Shown: piece by piece, positions 19,159-32,550 of the stretch
Position numbering within the stretch: position 1 is the stretch's first letter
Layout: every line of letters begins with the position of its first letter
Notes under the pieces: model-generated
The model's database searches: none
Seen by the model: only the letters and a program-made list of their open reading frames with translations
Told to the model about the DNA's origin: nothing
Made by a program: the position numbers and the translations under genes
From: Ostrea edulis
Lineage: Eukaryota
NCBI RefSeq assembly: GCF_947568905.1
Contig: NC_079166.1
Coordinates: forward strand, 61,876,001 to 61,940,000
Reading direction: 5' to 3'
Length of the DNA: 64,000 bases

Positions 19159-19973
19159 CTCTAAAATGGTAATCAGTATTTGGTTAAGACACGACCCGTT
19201 TGTTCTTATTTCCATCAAATAATACAAGTGCAACATATTGGTGTTTCGCATGTAGTATCGTCCTCGAATGAACTTTGATGAAAAATTAACACGCAATATT
19301 GAAAACTGATATACTAGTATATAATTACAGTATATATAAAACAATCGAAATGTTCTACACGCATTTGAAAACTTACATTTCATTCAGTAAAGACAACATG
19401 AACAAAATCAAGTGGCGAGTTGCACAGTTCCTAATGCTTGTCTCGATGGCGATTTTCAATTTAATGAGTGTATCGTCCGAGAAGATATCGACAGATGATA
19501 CCTTTGTGTGCGGTTTTCCAATGGTGACGAAAATGCAAGAATTGATGTTGGGCTTCACGGAAATGAAAATTGACATCAAATTTCTGAAGAAAAAGATTGT
19601 CCACCTGTCTAAAGAAGTGTCCTATCTTAGAAAGGCAAATAAAAATCTGAGAGAGGGGCACCGACGGCTTAATGTTTCATTGAAGCATCTAAAGAGTACC
19701 TGCTCTGGGGTTATGAAAACGGATGAGAGTAAGTACATGTATCTAACCATGCAGCAGTGGTGGATCCAGAGGGGGAGTAGCTACGGATATTGCACCCACC
19801 CACCCTCTTTTTGGTTGAACATGAATTTTAAGAGCTACGTTTTTGCTAGTCTGGGGCTCTCAACCCACGCACCCCTTTCCTGGGCGGGAATGTTACAAAC
19901 ATTGGATCGCAACCACCCCATTTCCGTAACCATCAATTTTTTTTAAAAGGCCGAGCGTGTTCCGATTGAGTTT

Positions 19974-20549
19974 TAGCCGGGTACCCAAGGCCTTCCGATG
20001 TTCAATCGGAACTCCTCGAATGTCTCGCGTACTTGACATCAAGTGCGCGAGACATTCGAGGAGTTCCGATTGTCCGATGGTCAAAGACAATCTCTACCCA
20101 GAGTTATCGTTCCCGCTACGCTCCACTAATACCTCTGTCAACGTCTAAAAAGTTATATCAAAACATTACAAAAACTAACTTAGCATATCGAACTGTAATG
20201 ATAATATCTGAGCAAATCAAACACTTCTCTGAATTTTTTTAAAATCAGACGATGGTAAATATGAGACACCTGAGCGAATTAGAAGGTTTATATAAATATT
20301 CATTCATTCAATAATACTAGTATAATCATGGAATTCGTTGTTTTTGTGAACCTACTTAAAGATTTAAAGCATAAAACTTAAACTTATAAAATTATTATCC
20401 ATGATGCTATAGGTATAGGTAAGTTTTGCCAAGAATCTTGACATTTAGACGTTGACAGAGGTGTTGTAGCGCAGCGTAATGCGCCCTCTGGTGAGAGATT
20501 GGTTCAAAGAACGTTCATTGAACATCGGAAGACCTCGGGTACCAGGCTA
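19974..20549. mobile_element. Non-autonomous Academ-like element in FReD copy 1 intron 1
   Basis: 33-bp TIR TAGCC(G/T)GGTACCC(A/G)AGG(C/T)CTTCCGATGTTCAAT with further imperfect inverted subterminal sequence (CCTCTGTCAACGTCTAAA). TSD not evident. Confidence 0.7.
20003..20072. mobile_element. 70-bp hairpin MITE inserted in the left end of the Academ-like element
   Basis: 34-bp arms with one mismatch and a 2-nt centre. Flanks TCCGATGTT / TCCGATGGT (8/9 TSD). Confidence 0.75.
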
Positions 20550-22334
20550 CATTAAATGTAGGTACGGTTTTTTTCACGACGTCATGTGACCAAGATCTGA
20601 CCAACAACAATTTTGTCTGAGGCGTGATAATTTACCATACTTTCCTTATCTTTATCTTATCTGAGGTCAGATCGCTTCAAGAAAATAGAACACAAACTGA
20701 GTTCAAATTCGTGGCGGATCCAGCTAGGCACACCCTCTCCTTTCACAAATATGATCCATTTTTCATAGAAATATGTTGCCAAATACTAAAATATATATAC
20801 GTACGTCTTATTTAGTCAAAAATCAACAGTTATTAGGGGTCTCACTCCTGGGCCCCCACCAGGGCTACGCCAGCCGTTTACACCCCCACCAACGTCCAGA
20901 AATTTCTGAACCCACCACTGCAATGACTTCCTAATTTTAAGCAAAATCTGTATGTGCATGGTAACCATTTTACAGCATTACAGTTGTTGTGGAGATGAAT
21001 TAATCTTTTATTTTTCAGTAATGAAGAGACTTTCTCTCAAGGATTGCGCCTCCATTTTGAAACATAACCCCAAAACACGTGGCAAAAATGGAGTGTACAC
21101 GATTTACCCAGAGTTCAACACGAAGGCGGAAGTTTATTGCGACATGACAACAGAAGGAGGAGGCTGGACAGTAAGTGAAGGATACTCTCTATTTCTGTTT
21201 TGTAAATATTGACAATGAATTATGTATCATAAGGACCTGATTTGACCCACTAAGATGACGTTTTATATTTACTATTTTTTTTTCTAATAAAAAGTATAGG
21301 TTAATGTTACTTTTAGAAAAAAAAACATACTGGAAGTCGTAACATATGTCATAAATGTAAGAGTTTTCAAAATTTTACTGAAAAGGAGCATATTTTCGAT
21401 CTAGATATGTTTTTGATATAACATTGTTTTTAACAGCAAGCACATAATATGTGACGTTTTTCGGACAAGATATCCAAAAATTACAAAAACTGCTTGAAAT
21501 CGTGGTGAATGCTTCATGACTTTGTCATAAAATAATTAAAGTATGAAAAATGCATATTAGTATATATTAGAGAGCTCCTAAATTTCACTTGAATTTTTAC
21601 GGTTTTTTTTTATAGGAGCCATGTCCCTCAAAATATACTATTGGGTACTTCGTTAAAGAAAAAAGAGGAAGTAATGTTATTTTCAGACGAATTATGTAAC
21701 TCTAGCCGTAAAAACCTCACGGTGAATTTCGTTGTAGAATTTAACAGGATTTACAGGACATGAGCGGCATCGCGTAATATTTATAAATGAAAAGTTCCCA
21801 CTTAATTTTGTCAGATAAATATTTTGATAAACTTTAAGGTTATACAGAAAGAGTCGACGGTTCCACCGATTTCTACAGAACTTGGAAGGAATATAAAGAA
21901 GGATTTGGAAAACCGACCAAGAACTACTGGATAGGTATATTTTATGATATGCAAGATAAGCGAATATGGAAATATCACAAGGGGGTGGGTCTAAGATGGA
22001 GCAGGCTGTTATTAAGTTAACTAATGTATGAATTTCTAGGAAATGACGTGATTCACGCATTGACGAAGGACCGTCACCAAGGGTTGCGTGTGGACTTACA
22101 GAGGTTTAACGGAAACAGAGGTTATGCTAAATACTCAGCCTTCTACGTTGGTAACGAACGCCTGGGTTATAAGCTGATATTATCGGGCTATTCCGGAACA
22201 ATTGGTGAGTACAGTCTAAACTTATTATCCGGAGGTCATACAGGTTTCGGATATTGTATGACACTTAGAACAAGAGTGTACGTGTAATTCTTTATTTGAA
22301 TGAATCGTTGTATTTTGACTTGATCGTAACTTAA

Positions 22335-23510
22335 GGAGGTGTGCTACATCCTCATAATGGCTGACTTCATTTTGAAACATGATTGAAAATATAAATATCA
22401 GCAATATTTGTTTATTCATTTTAAATAAGATTACCCAGCAGAGTAGCTAGGTAGGTTAGCACGTCAGCTGAACTGTAGATCGCGGGTTCGAGATTAGCAG
22501 GGCTATTTTTTTTTCCAGAGTCTTTTCCGATAGTTATTGTAAAAAAAAATCTTGTTAAAAATAAACTATTTCAAAAGTATAAGTTATTGATGAATAATCA
22601 ATGGTACGTTTTAAAATATTGAATCCAAGGGCAATAACTCTGTTTTTATTGATTTCTCTATCAAGTCTATTATGTGATAGATTTCATTTATTTTTACAGA
22701 CATTTTGTGTATTTTTGTGAAGATACGGTTTCATGAAATCGTTATGAATGCTGTTAAATCGTCATAACCAGTTTGTATGAAATTTTTATAACGCTGTTTA
22801 AGGAAAGAAGTATAGCACACTTGGTATGCAATTTCGCCTACATAACTACTTTTTCCTGAATATCATTTTTTACAAATATTCTGCTATACGATGTCAGTAC
22901 ATACTTCTGTTTACCCAAATTACTTAATAAAGATATCTATATGTTGATAGTATCTTTATTTGATAAGCATAAACATCACCGTGATTATATAGAGTATTTA
23001 GTAAATGTGACGTAATGGGCCTAAAAAATTGCAAACTGTTGCAAAAGGCCACCCTAAACCAGAAATAGAACACTGAAAATGTTCTACTTGAGTATGACTG
23101 TAGATAAATCCGTTTGAGGAAATTTGGTTTAAGGAGGCCCTCTTGTTGAAAATGGCTAAAATATTTTTTAAAAATCGTTCTCAAAATTTACCTTGAGATT
23201 TAGCAGCCTGTCAAACGTTAAACCTTTAAACTTAAATGCCTGGGTGGCCTAGTGGTTAAGGTGCTCGGTAATCTTACACATAATGCATACCATCCGAGTT
23301 CAAGTCCAATATTTCCCCAATTTATTTATTTATTTTTTTTTGCTTTCATTTTTTTTTGGGGGGGGGGGGGCGTTTTCTTTGGGGGGGGGGGGTATAAATG
23401 TGATACATATGTTTTAACAAATATTAGTCATTTTCGATCGTCATAACTTCACAAGTTACAACTCAAAGTAAAGGAAGTTATTCTGAGATCACTGTAGTAC
23501 CGTTTGTTTA
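22335..23510. mobile_element. Degenerate Kolobok-like element with tRNA-like internal segments in FReD copy 1 intron 4
   Basis: Begins after TTAA at 22331-22334 and is absent from the paralogous intron of copy 2. A reverse partial homologue lies at ~13920-14100. Right end uncertain. Confidence 0.5.
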
Positions 23511-23904
23511 ATCTGTTCCTGTGTGCACAGGATTTTCAAACCGTAATGTGGCTGACGAAATGCTAAACATATACTACAAGAAAGGGGCACAAATGTACAT
23601 CATATAATAATTAAAAATAGGTCAAGGGAGGAAAATAACTGTTATACAGTCTGACTTCTCAAAGGTAAATAAGCCATTGTGTAGCAACTATCATATAATA
23701 TTTAGGCAAAGCTAAACACTCGAATTATCAACTAAAGGCAAATGAACTGATTAAATCTGCTAAAGGTGCTGCAGCCATGTCAGAAAAAGACAGTGAGCTA
23801 AGTAATGCCATATGTAAAACGGTTGTTGTGTGATATGAATGCACTTGTGAAAATTTTGTACTCTTCATCATTCCACCTAGGAACTTGGTTTATTGATTAA
23901 AGTA

Positions 23905-24115
23905 AAAACTTATACGGTACCAATTTTGATGCACCAGATGCGCATTTCGACAAATAATGTCTCTTCAGTGATGCTCAACCGAAATGTTTGAAATCCGAAA
24001 TAACTATGAAGTTTTAGAGCTAAATATAGCCAAAAACAGCGTGCCAAAAAGGTGGAGCCAAATTCGTCCAAGGATAAGAGCTATGCATGAGGGAGATAAT
24101 CCTTAATTTTGAAAT
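23905..24115 (-). mobile_element. Penelope-like element terminal-repeat (pLTR) fragment
   Basis: Carries a canonical hammerhead. AATAAA lies downstream on the minus strand. Hammerheads with palindromic stem III are an established PLE pLTR hallmark. Confidence 0.6.
23931..23974 (-). ncRNA. Type I hammerhead ribozyme motif
   Basis: Minus strand GCAUCA-CUGAAGA-GAC-AUUAUUU-GUC-GAAA-UGCGCA-UC/UGGUGC. All core nucleotides are present, with stem I GCAUCA/UGGUGC, stem II GAC/GUC and palindromic stem III. Confidence 0.85.
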
Positions 24116-24773
24116 TAAAGAACGACTCGTATAAATGTCAGTAATGCTAAACGGCCGTTTCGTCAGCAAAAGCGCTATCCCTCTTTCCAATTGTCTGTCG
24201 ATGATATATGATTCTGTTTATGTACGTCTCGCATGTATAATAGTGTGATGACCTATGCATTTTATTTGATAATTTGTTAGTTTTAACTCTAATGAATGGT
24301 AATAAATACACTTTTAAGACTTGTATCAGATAAAACTGCGAGTGTGGATTTATCTTAAGTAGATAACGTAACTGTCGTTACCAAATACATCAAATCGTCT
24401 TTCAGGAGACGCTCTGAGTGGTCATAACGGATACAAATTCTCCACCAAGGACCGCGACAATGACATTTACGGTGGTAGCTGTTCCAATTTATATTTTGGT
24501 GGATGGTGGTACCGAAAATGTCATTACAGCAATCTAAACGGACAGTATACTAATTCTAGAAGAGTGGGCGACATGTATCCGACCTGGAGTAAGTGGCTGG
24601 GGAGAAACGAGGCTTTGAAGACAACTGTCATGATGATACGATCCTGAAAACATTAAATTATATGCTGCAACACCATGATGAGCGCGACCTTTGGCTAACT
24701 GTTTGATATCGGTGCATCCATGTACGAAAAAATGTGGAATTAAATTCTTATCTGAATAAATGTGTTATGTTAA

Positions 24774-25075
24774 TTTTAGCTCACCCGAGATGAAAGCTCA
24801 AGGAGGCTTTTCAGATCACCTTTTATCTGTCCGTAAACGTTTCCCATTTTTATCTTCTCCAGAACCACTGCGTCAATTTCAATTAAACTTGGTACAAATC
24901 ATCCTTGGGTAAAGGGGATTAAATTGAAAAGAAAGACCCCCCCCCAAAAAAAAATGAAGGACCATACCCCCTTCAGAGGGGAAATTGATATGTTCGGTCA
25001 AAGGTGCATAGGAACTCATTAAAAATTGTGGAAGTTTGTTATTGAAATGAGCAGAACAAGTTTTGTTGTTCAGGC
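24774..25075 (+). mobile_element. Helentron/HINE-type non-autonomous element fragment (paralogous copy at ~30231-30545)
   Basis: Terminus TTAGCTCACC..GATGAAAGCTCAAG, matching in reverse the end of the 59156-62005 element. Duplicated together with the FReD gene. Confidence 0.65.
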
Positions 25076-25806
25076 AAAGAATCATAACTCTTGCCATCAA
25101 TTTTGACAATATCCCCCGAATACCTGTTATGACACTTGCTTTTCTGATCCCTGTATAATGTTATAGGTCGGAACAAAGCCTTAATATAGCGCAGCAGGAT
25201 TTACTAACAAAACACAATTAAACAATTGATAATATCTATTTACAATTAATAATTAAAAGAAAATTGTATCAACAGCAAAATACTAACTTTCGGTAGTTGA
25301 ACAATAAATCCAAACAGAATCTACACACACAAAAAATAGTGATTCCAAAATCCTAGTTCCCAGGATAATAATCCAAAATGCACAAAAAGTGTCTAACCAG
25401 AGGTTTTTTTATCATAAGAATTTCAGTGTATATATAATAGGGATGAATTTTCTAGTACAATCTTGAAAGACAATATTACAACCATTCCGTCATCTTTCTA
25501 CTAAAAATAACATGAGGTCTAGAACAATCTCGGCCACAAGTGTCAATGAAATAAACATCACTTCTCTAGAACAATCTAGGTCAACCCAGTGCAAATAGTA
25601 ATATGCATATCAGTATATGAATAGTGCGCATGCGCTAATTGCTTAGTCCTTTTTCATATGCATGGTCCCAAATTTTTCCCAGGCGTTACTGTAGACATAT
25701 TATGTTCTTAAACATTGCAGCCGACAAAGCACGTAAGAGAATGAACAAATCTTTATCTCCATTTGTAACAGCACGTATTGGAGCATACATAAAATACCCA
25801 GTTTAC

Positions 25807-25912
25807 CACAGGGGCTAAGCCCGTTTTGGGCCCAAACTCTGTGATACCATAAATATATCTTTATATTTATGGTATCACAGAGTTCGGGCCCAAAACGGGC
25901 TTAGCCCCTGTG
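25807..25912. mobile_element. 106-bp near-perfect palindrome, CACAGG-terminated MITE
   Basis: 51-bp arms with one mismatch, loop TCTT. Flanks AGTTTAC / AGTTTTAC. Confidence 0.75.
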
Positions 25913-26511
25913 AGTTTTACAGAGACGGTACGCGTTTGTCTGATAATGCTCAGGTTATCTCTTTAAACACCATCGGGGATGGATTACTCAGCATCGTCCA
26001 GAATAGTTCCTTAACCACACAACTAATTGATAAGCAGTCTCCCTGTCATGGGTCGAGCAAAATTTTGCCCGCTCGTGGCGGATGTCTTTCTGTATGTTAA
26101 CATTTCTTATACATACATGAAGACATATGGCCAAATTTTGCTAAGCCTGCCACAGATTTTGTTTCATTCCAGGTCCGTGTCCAATAATTTTCATTGACAT
26201 TGAATAATTGATCGACAGATTGAAATACTTGATTGATATATTGATTGATTGATTGATACATTGTTGGGTTGATTGAAAATATTGAGTGAATTATTGAATG
26301 ATTGACCGAAACATGGATGGACTATTGATGCTACAACATAACTATCCAAAAGTCGTTGTAGATCATGCATTTCATTATTTGATATACATGTACATACTGA
26401 TGTTTTGTATTGATATGAACATTGTCGTTGAATTGGAAATATGTTTTTATTAAGTAAAGCCATGACAAAGACTGCCAATACGTGTTGTCGTTCTGTTCTA
26501 TTGAAATAACC

Positions 26512-26554
<43 letters not shown>

Positions 26555-27329
26555 GCGCTAAAATGGTAGTCAGTATTTGGTTAAGACACGACCCGTTTGT
26601 TCTTATTTCCATCAAATAATACGAGTGCAACATATTGGTGTTTCGCATGTAGTATCGTCCTCGAATGGCCTTTAATGAAAAATTAACACGCAATATTGAA
26701 AACTGATATACTAGTATATAATTACAGTATATATAAAATAATCAAAATGTTCTACACGCATTTGAAAACTTACATTTCATTCAGTAAAGACAACATGAAC
26801 AAAATCAAGTGGCGAGTTGCACAGTTCCTAATGCTTGTCTCGATGGCGATTTTCAATTTAATGAGTGTATCGTCCGAGAAGATATCGACAGATGGTACCT
26901 TTGTGTGCGGGTTTCCAATGGTGACGAAAATGCAAGAATTGATGTTGGGCTTCACGGAAATTAAAACTGACATCAAATTTCTGAAGAAAAAGATTGTCCA
27001 ACTTTCTAAAGAAGTGTCCTATCTTAGAAAGGCAAATAAAAATCTGAGAGAGGGGCACCGGCGGCTTAATGTTTCATTGAAGCATCTAAAGAGTACCTGC
27101 TCTGGGGTTATGAAAACGGATGAGAGTAAGTACATGTATATAACCACGCAGCAATGGCGGATTCAAAGGGGGAGGGGCTACGGATATTGCACCTACCCAC
27201 CCTTTTTTTGGTTGAGCATAAATTTTAAAAGAGCTACATTTTTGCAAGTCTGGGGCTCTCAACCCACGCACCCCTTTCCTGGGCGGAAAACTTACAAACC
27301 TTGGATCGCAATCCCCCCCCCCCAACCCT

Positions 27330-27436
27330 CAGTGGCGTAGCTAGATTTGAGAACATTTTTCGTAATAACTAATAAAATTTTTACGAAAATATTTGTAAGC
27401 ACGTGCATACAGTGCTACAGTGTAGCTACGCCACTG
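27330..27436. mobile_element. 107-bp hAT-like MITE
   Basis: Perfect 14-bp TIR CAGTGGCGTAGCTA / TAGCTACGCCACTG. TSD degenerate. Confidence 0.65.
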
Positions 27437-27642
27437 CCCCTCCTCCTGAAAAAATTCTGGATCTGCCACCACACAGTTACATGAGTGAATATTAATGACG
27501 AGAAACATGCGTGTGTATATTATACGAGGCTGAAATCAACCTATTATAATCGTAAGTTGTACGTCTCTTTCGTTTCTGACTCACTATGGTAAGCAGAAAG
27601 TCACGTGACTTTACCATTCTTTCCTTATCTCTATCTTATGAT

Positions 27643-27708
27643 CAGTCTGATTAAAACCACCCCCCTCCTCCTTACACTCAGGAGGAGGGGGTGATTTTAA
27701 TCAGACTG
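27643..27708. mobile_element. 66-bp hairpin MITE
   Basis: CAGTCTGATTAAAA...TTTTAATCAGACTG with perfect 9-bp TSD TCTTATGAT. The paralogous site in copy 1 (~20650) is empty. Confidence 0.85.
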
Positions 27709-30700
27709 TCTTATGATGTGTCGAATATCTGAGGCCAGATCGCTTCAGGGAAAAGAGTACCAATTCATTTCCCATAGACCTCAATGCTAACCTTTGGCCA
27801 TCTCACTAATTAACTATATTAATTTTAAACAAATGATCGCAAACATTTCAAAATTCATTCTAAGTGTTGATAAAAAACGACAAAAATTATATAGGGTCCC
27901 GTGCCTTTTATACGCCATATTTGTAATTTTTTACAACACATAGCAATATGCAGTAAATTATACACACTTCATTTTAAACACACCCCTACCATGGTAATTT
28001 CCTCAGTCATTTCTCGAGTTTGTGCGATAATTTTTCATCCTGACAATTAATTTGAATCTCTATAATATTTCTTTCAATTCCAAATAATGTCACTCTTGAT
28101 ATTAGCCAATCACGCAACACCTAGACATTTATACCGCCGCTCAATCTTGAGGTAAACTGCGTCCGGGTTAGGTGTGTGTGGGGGGGGGGGGGGGTGTGGG
28201 GGGGGGGGGGTTGGTACGTCTTATTTATTCAGAAATCAACAGTTTTAGGGGGTCTCATTCTCTGGATCCGCCAATGCGATGAATTCCCAATTTTAAGCAA
28301 ATTCTGTATGTGCATGATAACCATTTTACAGCATTACAGTTGTTATGGATATGAATTAACCTTTAATTTTTCAGTAATGAAGAGACTTTCTCTCAAGGAT
28401 TGCGCCTCCATTTTGAAACATAACCCCAAAACACGTGGCAAAAATGGAGTGTACACGATTTACCCAGAGTTCAACACGAAGGCGGAAGTTTATTGCGACA
28501 TGACAACAGAAGGAGGAGGCTGGACAGTGAGTGATGGATATTCTCTATTTCTGTTTTGTAAATATCGGCAAAGGACTTTGTCTGATAAGGACCTGATTTG
28601 GTCCACTAAGATGACATTCTATGCTTACTCATATTTTTTTTTATGAAAAGTGTTGATAAATGTTACCTTTAGGAAAATGCTGGCAGCTGTATTATATGAT
28701 GCCATAAATGTTAAACTTTTCAAAATTTTACTGGAAAAGTGTATATTTTCGAATGTATTCCTTTCCACAATTATGTATATCTAGCGAATTCGTAAACAAG
28801 ATTCATATTTCTACTATAAGTGTATCCTTCAAATATATATGTTGGTAGAAATTTCTACAAGCACGTGATATATAACGTTTTTCGTTCAAGAAATCCAAAA
28901 ATTACAAAAACTGTGCAAAATTGTGGCGAATATCGTCATGGGTTTGTCACAAAATAATTAAAGTACGAAAAATACATATTGGTATAAGGAATCTCTTAGA
29001 TTTTAATTAAATGTTTACGTTTTTTAAGCAGTCTATTAGGTCCCCCAAAATACATTTGGATACTTCTTTAGAGAGAAAAAGAAAGAAGGAATTTTATTTT
29101 CAGTCTAATTGCTAATATGTTATATGATTGACCTCTAGCTTACAAACCTCTAGTCGAATATCAGTTTGTCTTAAAATACAGGACATGAATGGCGTCACGT
29201 CATATCTATCAAATGAAAAGTTTCCACTTAATTGTGTCAGATAAATATTTTGATAAACATTAAGGTTATACAGCGAACGGTACCACTGATTTCTACAGAA
29301 CTTGGAAGGAATATAAAGAAGGATTTGGAAAACCGACCAAGAACTACTGGATAGGTATATTTAATGATATGCAACATTCTTTTTCCCGAATATGTAAATA
29401 TCACAGGGGTGTGTCTAAAATAAAACAGGTAGTTATTAAGTTAACTAATGTATGAATTTCTAGGAAATGACGTGATTCATGCACTGACGAAGGACCGTCA
29501 CCAAGGGTTGCGTGTGGACTTACAGAGGTTTAACGGAAACAGAGGTTATGCTAAATACTCATCCTTCTACGTTGGTAACGAACGCCTGGGTTATAAGCTG
29601 ATATTATCGGGCTATTCCGGAACAATTGGTGAGTACAGTCTAAACTTATTATCCGGAGGTCATACCGGTTTCGGATATTGTATGACACTTAGAACAAGAG
29701 TGTACGTGTAATTCTTTATTTGAATGATTCGTTATATTTTGACCTAAGTATAACTTAAGGAGATCACGTATCCGATGTGACGTCAGTGGACCTGTTATTA
29801 CCAAATACATCCCATTGTCTTTCAGGAGACTCTCTGAGTGGTCATAACGGATACAAATTTTCCACCAAGGACCGCGACAATGACAATTCCGGAAGTAGCT
29901 GTTCCAATTTATATTTTGGTGGATGGTGGTACGAGTCATGTCATTATAGCAATCTAAACGGGCAGTATACTAATTCTAGTGCAGTGGGTGGCGCGTACCC
30001 ATCCTGGAGTTCGTGGTTGGGAAGATACGAGGCTTTGAAGACCACTGTCATGATGATCCGACCCTGAAAACATTGAATTATATGCTGTATTACCATGGAA
30101 GAACACGTGAAATATTCTTGACGATGTGCGCGGCCTTTAGCTTGGAAAGATAAACATTTTGATACCGGTATATCAATGTACAGAAAAATGTGCAATTAAA
30201 ATTTTTCATCTGAATTAATTTATTTTGTTATTTTTAGCTCACCTGAACTGAAAGCCCAAGTGAGCTTTTCTGATTGCCTTTTGTCTGTCATCTGTCCGTA
30301 AACTTTTCACATTTTCTTCTCCAGAACCACTTCGTCAATCAGACTTGGTACAGATCATCCTTGGTTAAAGGCTATTCAAACTTGTTCAAATGAAGGACCG
30401 TGCCCTTTTCAAAGGGGAGATAATCACAAAAAGGCAAAAATAGGGTGGGGTCATTCAAAAGTCTTCTCAATAACTGAGACGTTCTGTCAAAGGTCAAGGA
30501 CGCATAGGAACTCATTAAATATTGTGGAAGTTTGTATACATGTTCATTTTGTGTACTTGTCAAACCCTATAAAATTTCAACGTTAGAGGTAAAGGCCACT
30601 TGATAGATATATCTAATATCACTATGGTTACACATGACTGTAATCTATGGTGTGTTAATTCTCTGATAAATGATTGTACATTGTTGCGGGGAGATTCTAT

Positions 30701-31064
30701 GTTTGGTAGTAATATTGTTAAACACCCTTCCAATACTGTATCAGGCAGAACACGTATTTGTGGTGGCAATAATCACCAATTATATTTGTTATATGCTCTG
30801 AAGTACTCAATATGCACAAAAAGGACACTTCATGACCGCAGAACATAAAGTTCTTTGATGTGATATTGAATAGAATAATTTGGGGATTGGATGCTAATTA
30901 ATATTTAGTATTTAGCGACGTTGGCATCTCTATTAGAATTTTTTACGCAACCGTAGATCTCTGAGGAAAAGAAATTTTCTGGGATATATCTCCCTGGTCT
31001 ATCCCCTCTCTTTGCTCAGAGAGCCACAGTTCTGGAACCACAGATTACATGCACATATGGAATG

Positions 31065-31517
31065 AGAGTACCAGACCCCCGTATGCGTAACCCGGACGCA
31101 GTTTACCCAAGATTGAGCGGAGGTATAAATGTCTAGGTGTTCCGTGATTGGCTAATATCAAGAGCGAAATTATTTGGAATTGAAAGAAATATTATAGAGA
31201 TTCAAATTAATTGTCAGGATGAAAAATTATCGCACAAAATCGAGAAATGACTGAGGAAATTACCATGGTAGGGGTGTGCTTAAAATGAAGTGTGTATAAT
31301 TTACTGCAGATTGCTAGGTGTTGTAAAAAAGTACAAATATGGCCTATAAAACTTAAAAGGCACGGGACCCTATATATTTTTTGTCGGTTTTTTTTTTTAT
31401 CAACACTTGGAATGAACTTTGAAATGTTTGCGGTCATTTGTTTAAAATTGATATAGTTAATTAGTGAGAGGGCCAAAGGTTAGCATTGAGGTCTATGGGA
31501 AATGAATTGGTACTCTT
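31065..31517. mobile_element. ~450-bp MITE-like repeat; truncated inverted copy at ~27753-28170
   Basis: Short TIR AGAGTACCA / TGGTACTCT. The body matches the reverse complement of 27753-28170. Confidence 0.6.
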
Positions 31518-32550
31518 TTCCCATATCCTCACTCTGACCCTAAAAATAGATTAGGCTGGAAAACAGGCAATTATATCGCTTAGATTAAATTACTGCTCTT
31601 TAATAGGTACTTCAAACCCGAGCGATATAATTGTGTCTGGGGTCGAATTTACTATTAAAGAGTAAAATTCGACCCCAAGCAATACAATTGCCTTGTGTGG
31701 GTCAGAGAAAATCTCACAAGGCTTTAGCAGTATAGCATCACTTTCAGTAAATATTCACTTTTGAAAAAAATAGCTTTCTTTTTTTTTGTAAATGCATGAG
31801 GGAATGAACTGTGACGCTTTACCCCGGCATACGTCATGGTGTGACGTCATGATGTGCCGGCATGAAACGTCGCAGTTTATTCCCTCCTGTATTTACAAAA
31901 ATGAAGTTTGCTTCTTATATTTACATTCTACTTGCATTTCTGTCGGAATTCCCAGGCATTAGAATAAATGTGCTATATTTATCAAGATTCATACGCGCTT
32001 TGTTCACACAACTGTTGCGCATTCATGACTACAATTGGTAGAGATGTTAAAGGCAAAATCATTGGAAATGTAAATAGTTCTTCATAACATTACAGAACCA
32101 ACAAACACACCTACAACCAAGGCACATTTGACACTCTGGTAGGGTACGTGGGACTTCCAGTTTTTTTGTTTTTGTTTCTTTCTTTTTTTTTCATCCAATC
32201 AATATCATTTATTGTTAAAGCAGCAAAACTTCAATTAAAGATCACATTGGTTGTTTTGTTTAACAGGCAAAATATATATTTATTGATTAGACATTAACTT
32301 CGTCAACAGATGTAACATATGACTGGTTGGGTCCAGCTTTGTAGAGATCAATAAAATGCAGTAATTCATGTCGGATGAGAGAGTTGTTCTTTTCGATGAC
32401 AACCGGTTAAATATTTCTCGATGATAGCTTACGCCATAAACCACGAGGCTTACATTATTAACAGACAGTGAAAAACTTGTCCGAATTAAAAACCATTTTT
32501 GTTCACGTATGCATTTTCACCAAAAAAAAGACACACTATGATATCTCTGC

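Larger units (their letters stand above)
19398..24647 (+). pseudogene. Fibrinogen-related protein (signal peptide + coiled coil + FReD), copy 1, exon-3 frameshift
   Basis: Exons 19398-19728, 21019-21170, 21839-21934, 22040-22204 and 24406-24647, all GT-AG. FReD motifs [22 protein letters not shown] and [13 protein letters not shown]. Exon 3 is 96 nt where the frame needs 97. Confidence 0.85.
26795..30067 (+). pseudogene. Fibrinogen-related protein, copy 2, exon-3 frameshift
   Basis: Exons 26795-27125, 28375-28526, 29265-29354, 29464-29628 and 29826-30067. Exon 3 is 90 nt (7 nt short of the 97 needed). Upstream (GA)n and flanks are shared with copy 1. Confidence 0.85.

Noticed and set aside
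19299-19946. 215-aa and 214-aa (26696-27340) ORFs as single-exon genes
   Set aside because: They are FReD exon 1 plus upstream extension and read-through past the GTAAGT donor into intronic MITE sequence.
31565-31895. Nested short inverted repeats at 31565-31694 and 31796-31890
   Set aside because: Probably MITE remnants. Boundaries and TSDs could not be defined.
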